A DNA stretch of 64,000 nt from Anthoceros angustus (taxonomy: Eukaryota; Plantae; Anthocerotophyta). The position numbers were made by a program, and so were the translations under genes. How positions within the stretch are numbered: the stretch's first letter is position 1; every line of letters starts with the position of its first letter. Under the pieces are notes generated by a model that saw nothing but the letters and a program-made list of their open reading frames with translations, had not been told where the DNA came from and searched no databases. The DNA lies in the NCBI GenBank assembly GCA_010909165.1, contig MU008174.1, positions 620,001 through 684,000 of the forward strand, given 5' to 3'. Positions 1 through 11,111 of this stretch are shown here, one piece after another.

Positions 1-3000
1 AGTCTGTCAAACACGGCCTGAGCACATTCCAGGCTTCCGCACTTGGCATACATGTTTACCATGCTGTTGGCTACAGACACATCCCCAGAAGCCCTCGTTC
101 TCTAATCTGTGAATGAAGGTCTTTGCCCTTCTCCAAAGCCGGGTGCCCACACTTGCACATGCCTGCAACATGCACACAAATGTCACAGAATCAGGTGTAA
201 CCGTGCCTTCTTTCTGCATTTTGTTGTAAAGACGAAGTGCTTCCTGGCCCATGCCCTGCTGGGAATAGCCTCTCATAATGGCATTCCAAGTCACCACATC
301 CTTTTTGGCAAGTCCGTCAAAAACTCTCTGAGCGTCTTCCAAGCTGCCACACTTTGCATACATGTTCACCAAGCTGTTGGCCACAAACAAATCAGTCTGA
401 AGCTCTCGTTCTCTGATTTGTGCATGAATCTGCTTCCCATTCTCCAAAGCCGAGGCGCCCACACACACACACGCCTGTAGGAGGGACACAAACGTCACAG
501 AATCGGGTGCTGCCAAGCCGTCTTCTTGCATAGCCCTGTAAAGCTTCAGGGCTTCCTGGCCCATGCCCTGGTGGGAATATGCTGCTATCATGGAACTCCA
601 TGTCACCACATTTTTCTGACCAAGTCCATCAAACACGCCCCGAGCATCTTCTAGGCTCCCACACTTCGCGTACATGTGCACCAAACTGCTAGCTATGAAC
701 TCGCCAGTGTTTACTGCGTCTTCTCTGATTCGTGCATGCAGGTGCTTTCCCATCTCCAAAGACGGGGTGCCGAAACTTGCACATGCTCGGAGGAGGCTCA
801 CATACGTCACAGAATCTGCAACCAAGCCTTCCTCTTCCATAGCACTGTAAAGGCGAAGGGCTTCCAGTCCCATGCCTTGCTGGGAATACCCTCCTATCAT
901 GGCATTCCATGTCACCACATTTTTTTCCCCAAGTCCATCGAACACTCTTTGAGCATCTTCCAAGCTACCACACTTTGCATACATGTTCACCAAACTATTA
1001 GCTACGACCACATCGGCAACATATCCACATTCTGTTATGTGTGCGTGAAGCTGCCGCCCTTTCCCCATCGCTGGGGCGCCCAGATTTGCACTGCTTGCAG
1101 GAGGCACACAAATGTTACAGAATCGGGCACAGCCATGCCTTCTTCTTGCATAGCATTGTAAAGATGAAACGCTTCCTGGGCCATGCCCTGCTGGGAACAC
1201 CCTGCTATCATGGCATTCCATGTCACCACAGTTTTCTTACCAAGTCCGTCAAATACTTGCTTGGCGTCTTCCAAGCTGCCACACTTGGCGTACATGTCCA
1301 CCAACGAGCTACAGACAAACAAATCGGGCTCTACTCCAGTGGCCAGCACATCAGCGTGCACCTGCTTCCCAGCTTGCAAGTCTGCTCCCCTCGCACAGGC
1401 CTGCAGGGCTGCCACAAACACATGCCCATCTGGCTTCACACTTGACTTCCCCATCCGATGATACAGTTCTGCCAAGCTGTCTTCTTGCATAGCCCTGTAA
1501 AGCTTCAGGGCTTCCTGGCCCATGCCCTGGTGGGAATATGCTGCTATCATGGAACTCCATGTCACCACATTTTTCTGACCAAGTCCATCAAACACGCCCT
1601 GAGCATCTTCTAGGCTCCCACACTTCGCGTACATGTGCACCAAACTGCTAGCTATGAACTCGCCAGTGTTTACTGCGTCTTCTCTGATTCGTGCATGCAG
1701 GTGCTTCCCATCTCCAAAGACGGGTGCTGAAACTTGCACATGCTCGGAGGAGGCTCACATACGTCACAGAATCTGCAACCAAGCCTTCCTCTTCCATAGC
1801 ACTGTAAAGGAAGGGCTTCCAGTCCCATGCCTTGCTGGGAATACCTCCTATCATGGCATTCCATGTCACCACATTTTTCCCCAAGTCCATCGAACACTCT
1901 TTGAGCATCTTCCAAGCTACCACACTTTGCATACATGTTCACCAAACTATTAGCTACGACCACATCGGCAACATATCCACATTCTGTTATGTGTGCGTGA
2001 AGCTGCCCTTTCCCCATCGCTGGGGCGCCCAGATTTGCACTGCTTGCAGGAGGCACACAAATGTTACAGAATCGGGCACAGCCATGCCTTCTTCTTGCAT
2101 AGCATTGTAAAGATGAAACGCTTCCTGGCCATGCCCTGCTGGGAACACCCTGCTATCATGGCATTCCATGTCACCACAGTTTTCTTACCAAGTCCGTCAA
2201 ATACTTGCTTGGCGTCTTCCAAGCTGCCACACTTGGCGTACATGTCCACCAACGAGCTACAGACAAACAAATCGGGCTCTACTCCAGTGGCCAGCACATC
2301 AGCGTGCACCTGCTTCCCAGCTTGCAAGTCTGCTCCCCTCGCACAGGCCTGCAGGGCTGCCACAAACACATGCCCATCTGGCTTCACACTTGACTTCCCC
2401 ATCCGATGATACAGTTCTATGGCTTCCTGGCTGCACCATGGTGAACATGTGCAGAAATGATGGAAGACCACATGAAGGAATCTGGTTCGGGAACCATGGT
2501 GAACACATCCATCGCTTCTTGTAACCTGCCATGGGCAACATACATTCGCATAACGTGGTTGCACAAGAACGTATCCGATTCATACCCCGTTTTCACCGTG
2601 CAGGCTTGTACACAGCGAGCCAGAACAAGAGCCTTCTTGACTGCACATTTCTTCAAGACAGAATAAAACAGAGATGTGGAAATCCAACAGTCTGTCTGCA
2701 CCAGAATTCCCAAAGCCTCGACAGCCTCCGTGAGCCGCCCCTCACGACATAGCTCGCTCACAGTTTCAGCCGTAACAGCCCTTTCGTGTCCTGCGGGCCT
2801 ACCAAGGTCACCAGCCTCCAATGCGCTCCAGTTTGATGCAGGGATAGCACAACTCATCTGCATATCCAGAGCAGCCATCGCAGCATCCACCCAAGTTGGC
2901 TTGTTCACCCGGATGTCAGGCGACCGGGACGCAAAACTGCTGCACCTGGTGGCTCCGTTGGTGGCTTACGGTTGGTTCCTAGAAGTCAGGTGAGCGCTAG

Positions 3001-3037
3001 CTCTTCCTAGAATGCCTATTAACCTCAAGACACGCAT
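1..3037 (-). pseudogene. PLS-class PPR gene, paralogue 1 of the WW-type cluster (frameshifted in this assembly; 3' end outside window)
   Basis: ORF pieces 2417..2908, 2064..2564, 1670..2056, 1035..1739 and 7..1221 encode P-L-S motifs (VVTWNAMIxGY / SVTFVxLLQAC / LVxMYAKCGSLEDA). The N-terminus (AHLT...RCSSF, LDMQM..SNW) is homologous to paralogues 2 and 3. In-frame ATG at 3037 with a TAA at 2968-2966; several 1-bp deletions. Confidence 0.85.
511..2418. repeat. ~950-bp tandem duplication inside the PPR array (511-1470 and 1470-2418)
   Basis: tgccaagc(c/t)gtcttcttgcatagccctg recurs at 511 and 1470; cccatccgatgatacagttct ends both units. The junction reads QEDSLA|ELYHRMGK. The right copy has about 10 extra 1-bp deletions. 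Confidence 0.9.
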
Positions 3038-3187
3038 GGCTTGCAGGAGGACACCTGAAACTGGGCATGCATCATGCAGCAATGATCAGATCACCAGTCC
3101 ATCGTCTTGAGCCTTTAGTACGTCTGTCGATTGCCTGCAACGTGTCTGGGCCAGCAAACCTTATCGTTATGCTTCCATATCCGTCCT

Positions 3188-5629
3188 TCATGGTGGAGGG
3201 CACCTGTTTCTTTCAACCGTCCTGGATGCTTCCCCTACCAGGAAACTATGCACCAGACCATCCATATCTGTCCACCAGCTCTGGCCTGGCTGCTTCCATG
3301 CCCTAATTCTTAGTCTCCTCACCTGCATCTCCTGAGCCTGCTCCCACATCTGGGCACCAATGTATACGTTTGACATCAACGCATATGCTGCAGCATCTTT
3401 ACTGTCAAGCTTCACTGCTTCATCGAAAGCATTACAAGCAACCTCCACATTGCTCCACTTTCTACAAGCACCCAATAGAGTGTGCCAAACTGCAGCATTT
3501 GACAGTTCAGACCTTGTTCTTACGAGAGCTAGTGCCTCGTCCAATCGGCCTGCACGACCCAGGAGATCCACCATGCATGTGTAGTGGTCTACTGTGGCAG
3601 TGATGCCATAGTGTCTGCTCATAGCCTCGAAGTACTCTTTCCCCTTGTTCACTAGACCCGCATGACTGCATACTGTCAGTACAGCAATGAACGTGATACC
3701 ATCTGGGTGTATGCCATCCTGCCTCATGTGCTCGACCAAGCCAAAGACCATTGCACTGTCTCCTTGGCGAGTGTATCCTGCAATCAGTGCATTCCATGTG
3801 ACAATATCTATTTCAGGCAATCCCTCGAACACCTGATATGCATCGACCATGCTCCCGGACTTCCCGTACATGTTTATCAGACTGCCGGCTACAAGCAAAT
3901 CAGCTTGAAGCCTTTGTTCTTGAATCTGTGCATGCAGGTGCTTTCCAACCTGCAGAGCTGCCACATCTGCACATGCTTGCAAGAGGCACACAATGTCACA
4001 GAAGTAGGTACAGCAGAACCTTCTTCGACCATTGCAGCATAAACATTAAGGGCTTCCTGACCCATGCCCTGCTGACAATACCCAGCGATCATGGCATTCC
4101 ATGTCACCACATCTTTCTGACCAAGTCCATCAAATACCCTCTGCGCATCTTCCAAGCTGCCACACTTTGCATATGTGTTTACCAAGCTGCTGGCTAGAAA
4201 TGCATCGCCTTCAAGCCCTCGTTCTTTGATTTGTGCATGTAGCTGCCTCCCCTTCTCCAAAGCCATGGTGCCTGAATTTGCATATGCCTGCAGGAGGCAC
4301 ACAAATGTTACGGAATCAGGGGAATCCATGCTGTCAAAAGCCCCTTGGGCATCTTCCAAGCTGCCACACTTTGCATACATGTATACCAAAGTGTTGGCCA
4401 CAAGCACATCAGCTTGATGTCCTCGTTCTCTGACTTGTGCATGAAGGTTCTTTCCTTCTCCAAAGCCAGGAGCCCACACTTGCACATGCCTGCAGGAGGC
4501 ACACGAATGTCACAGAATCAAGTGCAACAAATCCTTCTGTTTCCATAGCACTGTAGAGATGAAGGACTTTCTGTCCCATCCCCTGCTGGGCATACGCTGC
4601 TATCATAGCACTCCACGTCACCACATCTTTGTGATCAACTCCGTCAAACACTCTTTCAGCGTCTTCCAGGCTGCCACACTTCGCATACATATTTATCAAA
4701 CTGTTGGCTAAAATCACATGTGCTTCATGTCCGCGTTCTCTAAGTTGTCCATGAAGCTGCCTCCCTTTCTGCAAAGCCGAGGTGCCCACACTTGCACAAG
4801 CCTGCAGGAGGGACACAAACGTTACAGAATCGGGTGAGGCCACGCCTTCTTCTTCCATAACACTGTAAAGTCTAAGGGCTTCTTCGCCCATGCCCTGCTG
4901 GGAAAACCCAGCTATCATGGCATTCCATGTAACCACATCTTTGTGACCAAGTCCGTCAAATACTCTCTGAGCGTCTTCCAAGCTGCCACACTTTGCATAC
5001 ATGTCCACCAAGGAACTACACACAAACAAATCAAGCTCAGCGCCACCGGCTATCACATCACTGTGCACCTGCTGCCCAGATTCCAAGTCTGCTCCCCTTG
5101 CACAAGCCTGAAGGGCTGCCACAAATACGTGCCCATCTGGCTGCACGCTTGACCTCCGCATTTGATGATACAGCTCTATGGCCTGCTTGTCTTTTCCTTG
5201 TTTGACATGGGCAGAAATTATGGAAGACCACATGAAGACATCTGGTTTGTGGACCACGGTGAAAACATCTATGGCTTCTTGTAACTTGCCATGAGAAGCA
5301 TACATTCTCAGAATGTGGTTGCACAAGAACGTGTCCGACTCGTACCCTTTTCGCACCGTGAGAGCATGGATACGGCGACCCAGGATAAGATCCTTCTGGG
5401 CAACACAGCTCTTGAGGACAGTATAAAGGAGAGATTTAGATATACGTGTGTGTGTCTGCTCTAGAACTCCCAAAGCCTCCACAGCCTCCGTCACATGGCC
5501 GTTTTCACAAAGCTTGCTCACGTTTACGCCGGTTTCATATCCTGCAGGCCTGCGAGGCCCACACTTATCCAGCACGGTCCAGTTGGATGAACCCATCTGC
5601 ATATCCAGAGAAGGAAGCTGTGCATCCAC
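3188..5629 (-). CDS. PLS-class PPR-E/E+ protein, WW type, no DYW deaminase (paralogue 2; two frameshifts)
   Basis: ORFs 4409..5629, 3889..4485 and 3188..3991 join into one PLS array ending in E1/E2 and RAWKQPGQSWWTDMDGLVHSFLV. Frameshifts near 4470 and 3990 are 1-bp losses. Confidence 0.8.
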
Positions 5630-6168
5630 CTACGGTCCTTTAGATAGCCCAAGAGTGAACACAGCCTACAGCCACCGGCAGAACCTCATAACCACATGCA
5701 AAACAACAACGTGTTGCCACACAATTTCTGTGCTTTGCTTGTGTCAAACTCCAGGTGATGGGACTATGTCTAGAGCACGCCATACACTAGAACCTACAAA
5801 AGCACGCTCCTTTGGAGGACGAGCCAGAACTTTATTACAGTCCACTACGGATGGTCTTCCACCATGGACTTACACTAGGATCCTAGGACCCTGTCGGGTG
5901 GGCTAGAAGATTGCTGATAAAAGACGCAATGATCTCACGAATTGTGTCCAAGATCAAATTGCGTAAAGAATGTCGACAGCTGGTACCAACAGCCACGACT
6001 TGTCTGAATCATCCTACTTTTCCAAAGTCTGTTGTACAACTGCTATGCTCCCTTCAGTATCTTAGGTGTGGGGCTGTTGCTCCCAAGGCAACCATTATGC
6101 TGCTCGAGAGATCGTCCAGTATGGATGCCGAGCTGCAGGATGATAGTGAAGCAATAGCAGTTTGGGCC

Positions 6169-8556
6169 TTAGCCGGGGATGCTAACCAAGAAACTGTACA
6201 CCGATCCATCAATGTCTGTCCACCAGCTCTGGCCTGCCTGCTTCCATGCCCTGATCCCTTTCCTACTTGCCTGCATCTCTTCTGCCTGCTCCCACATCCT
6301 GGCACCTGTGTATATGTTGGACATCAAGACATATGCTGAGGCGTCTTGCTCGTCTAGTTTCACAGCTTCCATGAAAGCATGGCGTCCCACCTCTACGTTG
6401 ACCCACTTACAACAAGCACTCAGTAGAGTGTGCCAAATTGCAGCATTAGGCGAGACAGGCATTGTTCTGACCAAAGTCAGTGCCTCAACCAGTTGTCCTG
6501 CACGACCCAGGAGATCCACCATGCAAGTGTAATGGTCCACCGTGGGATTGGTGCCACGCTGTTTGCTCATAGCCAAAAAGTACTCTCTCCCCTTCTCCAC
6601 TAGACCTGCATGACTGCATACTGTCAGTACACTGAGAAATGTGATACCGTTGGGCTGTATTCCCCCCGCTCGCATTCTCTGAACCAAGTCAAAGACAACT
6701 CCACAGTCTCCTCGGCGGGTGTACCCAGCAATCAGTGCATTCCAGGCAACAACGTCCCTTTCAGGCAAGTCCTCGAACACCTGCTGTGCCTCAACCATGC
6801 TCCCGCACTTCCCATACATGTTTATCAAACTGATGGCTACAAGTATTTCAGCTTGGACGCCTTGCTCTTTGATCTGTACATGCAGCTGCCTTCCCACAGG
6901 CAACGCTGCCACATTCGCACAGGCCTGAAGAAGACACACAAATGTCACAGAATTGGGTGCGGCAATGCCTTCTTCTTTCATCTGCCGGTAAAGACAGAGA
7001 GCTTCATGCCCCATGCCCTCCTGGGAATATCCTGCAATCATGGCATTCCATGTCACCACGTCTTTCTTCAAGAGTCCGTCAAACAAGCCCTGAGCATCCA
7101 TTAGGCTGCCGCACTTGGCATACATGGTTACTAAGCTATTGGCTACAAATACATTATCCTGAAGCCCTTCTTCTCTAATTTGTGCATGAAGCTGCTTCCC
7201 CTTCTCCAAAGCCGGAGTGCCCATACTTGCGCACGCCTGCAGGAGGCTCACAAAAGTCATGGAATTGGGTGCAACAATGCCTTCTTCTTGCATAGCGCTG
7301 TAAAGACGAAGGGCATCCTGCCCCAGGCCCTGCTGGGCATACCCTGCTATCATAGCACTCCACGTCACCACATCTTTCTGCTCAAGCCCATCAAACACTC
7401 TTTGAGCGGTACCCAAGTTGCCACACTTTGCATACATGTTTACCAGACTGTTGGCCACAATCACATCAGCTTCATGCCCACGTTCTCTGAGTTGCGCATG
7501 AAGCTGCTTCCCCTTCTCCAACGCCGAGGTGCCCACACTTGCACAAGCCTGCAGGAGGGACACAAACGTCACAGAATCGGGTGCAGCCATGCCTCGGTCT
7601 TGCATAGCATCGTACAGTCCAAGGGCTTCCTTCCCCCTGCCCTGCTGGGAATATCCGGCGATCATGCTATTCCACGTCACTACATCTTTTCTAGCAGTGC
7701 CGTCAAACACTCTCTGGGCGTCTCCCAAGCTGCCGCACTTTGCATACATATCCACCAAGGAATTACACACGAATAAATCAGGCTCAACGCCACCGGCCAA
7801 CACATCAGCATGCACCTGCTGCCCAGCTTTCAAGTCTGCTGCCGTTGCACAAGCCTGGAGGACGGCCACAAACACATGCCCATCTGGCTCCACACATGAT
7901 GTGCTGCGCATGCCCTGATACAGTTGTATGGCCTGCTTGTCTCTCCCCTCTTTAACATGGGCATAGATTATGGAAGACCACATGAAGGCGTCCGGTTGGG
8001 CAACCATGGTGAAGACATCCATGGCTTCTTGTAACCTGCCATGAGAGGAATACATTCGCAGGATGTGATTGCACAGGAACGTATCCGCCTCATACCCCAG
8101 TTTCGTGGTGAAAGCATGGACCCGCCGACCCAGAACAAGAGCCTTCTCAGCTACACATTTCTTGAGGACAACGTAAAACAGACCTGTTGACACAGCACAG
8201 CCCGTCTCCACTAAAACCCCCAAACTCTCGACAGCCTCCCAGACCTGCCCCTGTTCACATAGCCTGCTCACAGTATCAGCCGTCACGTACAAGCCCCTCT
8301 CAGACCCAAAATCCGGCATTTCAGGGGAGCTCTGGTTCTGTTGCCGCCATAAGAGCTGCTGCCCACCACCTCCACCGGATCCAGCTACCAAGCGTCCCCT
8401 TGCAAGAGTACGGGCTGGCTTTGTGGATGAAAAGCTGCTGCACCGGTAGCTCGTGGTTTCCCTAAGATTGTTTGCCAGCTTCCTTGGAGTCAGGTGAGCG
8501 GGATGTTGGCCTGTTCGTGACTCAGTTGCAAAGCTCCCCACATCCATGGATTGCAA
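6169..8556 (-). CDS. PLS-class PPR-E/E+ protein, WW type, intact, truncated before the DYW domain (paralogue 3)
   Basis: Intronless 795-aa ORF with a transit-peptide-like N-terminus, about 6 PLS triplets, E1/E2, and the end RAWKQAGQSWWTDIDGSVYSFLVSIPG*. Confidence 0.92.
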   Translation of the reverse strand: MQSMDVGSFATESRTGQHPAHLTPRKLANNLRETTSYRCSSFSSTKPARTLARGRLVAGSGGGGGQQLLWRQQNQSSPEMPDFGSERGLYVTADTVSRLCEQGQVWEAVESLGVLVETGCAVSTGLFYVVLKKCVAEKALVLGRRVHAFTTKLGYEADTFLCNHILRMYSSHGRLQEAMDVFTMVAQPDAFMWSSIIYAHVKEGRDKQAIQLYQGMRSTSCVEPDGHVFVAVLQACATAADLKAGQQVHADVLAGGVEPDLFVCNSLVDMYAKCGSLGDAQRVFDGTARKDVVTWNSMIAGYSQQGRGKEALGLYDAMQDRGMAAPDSVTFVSLLQACASVGTSALEKGKQLHAQLRERGHEADVIVANSLVNMYAKCGNLGTAQRVFDGLEQKDVVTWSAMIAGYAQQGLGQDALRLYSAMQEEGIVAPNSMTFVSLLQACASMGTPALEKGKQLHAQIREEGLQDNVFVANSLVTMYAKCGSLMDAQGLFDGLLKKDVVTWNAMIAGYSQEGMGHEALCLYRQMKEEGIAAPNSVTFVCLLQACANVAALPVGRQLHVQIKEQGVQAEILVAISLINMYGKCGSMVEAQQVFEDLPERDVVAWNALIAGYTRRGDCGVVFDLVQRMRAGGIQPNGITFLSVLTVCSHAGLVEKGREYFLAMSKQRGTNPTVDHYTCMVDLLGRAGQLVEALTLVRTMPVSPNAAIWHTLLSACCKWVNVEVGRHAFMEAVKLDEQDASAYVLMSNIYTGARMWEQAEEMQASRKGIRAWKQAGQSWWTDIDGSVYSFLVSIPG

Positions 8557-9097
8557 CAGTTAGGCGATGCAATAGTTAAATAACTGCCTGCATTCCGCTG
8601 AAGTGCCAGTCAAAGCTTGCACTCATTTTTCCTTTTTAAACATACATATAGTGGCTCAGTTCTGGACACAAACGTGACAATCTATGGCGACCAAAAGCCC
8701 CTGCCTGGAGCCGGCTGAACAGGAACTGTTCAGGCTTAATGAGTGTTATCAGCTGGTTTGGTTTCATTTTCCAGGCAGCTAATCATACGTTTACACTCGT
8801 CAGCAAGTTCCTCAGAACAAAGTCTGTTGCAGGACCATTTCAACGAATGGTATGTGCTTATACCGGCTTGCCTTGTTCTACAGCTCCAAGAATCAGCGCT
8901 TGCTTTCAAGATGAAAGGCACTGGATGATCGATATTTTCTCTGGTGGCATGCCCAACATGCATGTGAATTAACGTGGTGTCCCCTAAACAATAGATCGCC
9001 CACAGGTCCAATTTCAACAGTCTGCGGAGCAGGAATGAGTCTATATATGTAGATAAATTGGGCTGGAGAAGTGTGTTGTCTCAGGCTAAGAGAAGCC

Positions 9098-10762
9098 ATG
9101 GCGCTGGTGGTGGTGTGCGGGCAGCCCTGCAGCGGCAAGAGCACAGCCTCTGGGTGCCTGGCAAACGCGCTGGAGAAGGATGGCCGCTGTGTGACTGTGA
9201 TCGATGAGCCCTCCCTTAATCTGGATCGGAACCAGAGCTACAAAGGTAGATTATGGGCGCTTCCTGGGTGGGGGTTTCCTGCCGCTGATCGACGCTAATG
9301 AGGGAGGGGAATTTGCAGACATGCCAAGTGAGAAGAATTTGAGAGGAGTGATCAGGTCTGCGGTGGATCGCGCTCTTTCCAAGGATTGTGTGGTCATACT
9401 TGACTCTCTGAACAACATCAAGGTACAAAGCAAGTTCATGACGCGATTTAGGGCAATGACAAAGTCTGTCATTGAGCAACTGGGATCTGTGTGGTACAGG
9501 GTTACAGATATGAGCTGTGGTGCCTGGCAAGGGCAGCGGGATTGCAGTACTGTGTGGTAAGCAGTTGGAATGTTCTGGACTCGGGCTATGTTTTGGCTGC
9601 TATAGGGTAGTCTGTGACATTTGTAGGATGCTGATGAGATTCCAAAATCCTGTAAACACCAATTGTTGTGCTCTCAGCTGCATTGTGATGCAGGAGAGGC
9701 TGTTTGCCGAGCTTGGAATAAAGCCCGGCAGGAAGCTGATCAGCCTTCATACGCCGACCATATGTTCGTGTCTAATCCATTATGCATCCATGACGCTCTT
9801 GCCTGTGATGTTCAGTCTTTTCCGAGCCTTGCAGGCATGCTGATACGTTGTTGTGGTGTGATGGCCACAGATTTGATGACTTGGTTTGTCGATTTGAGAG
9901 GCCAGAGAACCGGAACCGCTGGGACTCTCCCCTTTTTGAATTAAAGCCGGAGCTAGGTTCGTTATGGGTTATTGTTTGAATGAAAAAGCTGCATTTATAC
10001 CTGAGAGGTTCATCTTTCAGCAGTGTCACCTCCTGTCTCTTGTTTTGACAGCGCCAATTGAAGACTCATCTCAGGGCTTAATGGAGGTCTTGTCATTTCT
10101 AAGGGGCACAGGAGGACATGGTGCACGAGGTGGACATCGCTTGCAACCAACAATAGCAACGCAAAATGTAGTGTCTGCTCTCTCCATCCTTGATCGAGAA
10201 TATTGTTTTGTCTTTTGTAAAATTGGTGGTGGAAAGCGTGTGGCTAGCACGCCTGCTTGACGAGTTCTTTGTGTGAACTGCAGGTGAGAGTTTCGGAAAC
10301 CAACTCCCTCTATGAACTGAATCGAGCAACCCAGGTGGAGTTTTGCTTAGCCTCGCCATGTGCACTGTTGAAGGCTAGCAACATCACGGCCTGACACATC
10401 CGCATCTGTGGCGTTTCCAGGAAGTCATAACAACTCTTTTCGAGTCACAGACCGAGGGTTTGGGTGGTGGTGCCAAGACGCTGTCCTTGGGCAAAGGACT
10501 TCCGATCATATCCTTGTAAACTTGCTGATCAAACACTGTTCGTGCGATGATGTTTCCGGACTTGATTTCAGAAGCTCCTTAACTGTGATTGCACATCAGC
10601 TTGGATAGGAGTGTAGGACTACCTGAGCTACGCAGGCATAGAAGAACATTTCTGAAGCTGGCCGGACAATCTGGACTATCAGGGCCACCTCCACCATCAG
10701 ACTTCGAAAATGCAAGAAGGATGTTCGCGGACTACCTTTGTCAAGAGCTAACAAGTAGATAA
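9098..10762 (+). CDS. KTI12: KTI12/DRL1 Elongator-associated P-loop protein (multi-exon)
   Basis: Spliced translation: MALVVVCGQPCSGKS (P-loop) ... DMPSEKNLRGVIRSAVDR ... ILDSLNNIK|GYRYELWCLARA ... FERPENRNRWDSPLF ... TNSLYELNRATQ ... LPELRRHRRTFLK ... MFADYL, with GT-AG introns. Stop TAA at 10760-10762. Confidence 0.92.
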
Positions 10763-11111
10763 CTGGTAAATTAAAGGCTCCAAGAACCCCTTGCACCATG
10801 ATATCTCGAGGTGTCCCTGTACCAAGTAGATAGTTAACAATAGAATAAACTGTGTCTGCTGTCTGAGAGTACTTTTTGCGTCAATGTGATAAGCTTCTTG
10901 GTACTTCCACCCTCTCTCTCAGCTATCCGCCATTGAACCCTACTCTCACGTTAATTTAGATCAGTTATCACGACTTCAGGGAGCTAGCATCGTCATTGTT
11001 TCGAATAGCAAGGGACACGGGCAAAGGTGGAGACGGTCACGGACGGGGAAAACTGGGGCATCTCGGTGGTGCCTTGCTACCGCGTTGGTACTTCAATGGC
11101 TTCTCTTCCAC

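Noticed and set aside
2966-2968. In-frame TAA in the paralogue-1 transit peptide as a U-to-C-repairable stop
   Set aside because: U-to-C editing is known only for organellar transcripts; mutation or sequencing error is simpler.
109-8465. Numerous + strand ORFs over the PPR cluster
   Set aside because: Antisense shadows of the repetitive PPR codons, with no independent protein motifs.
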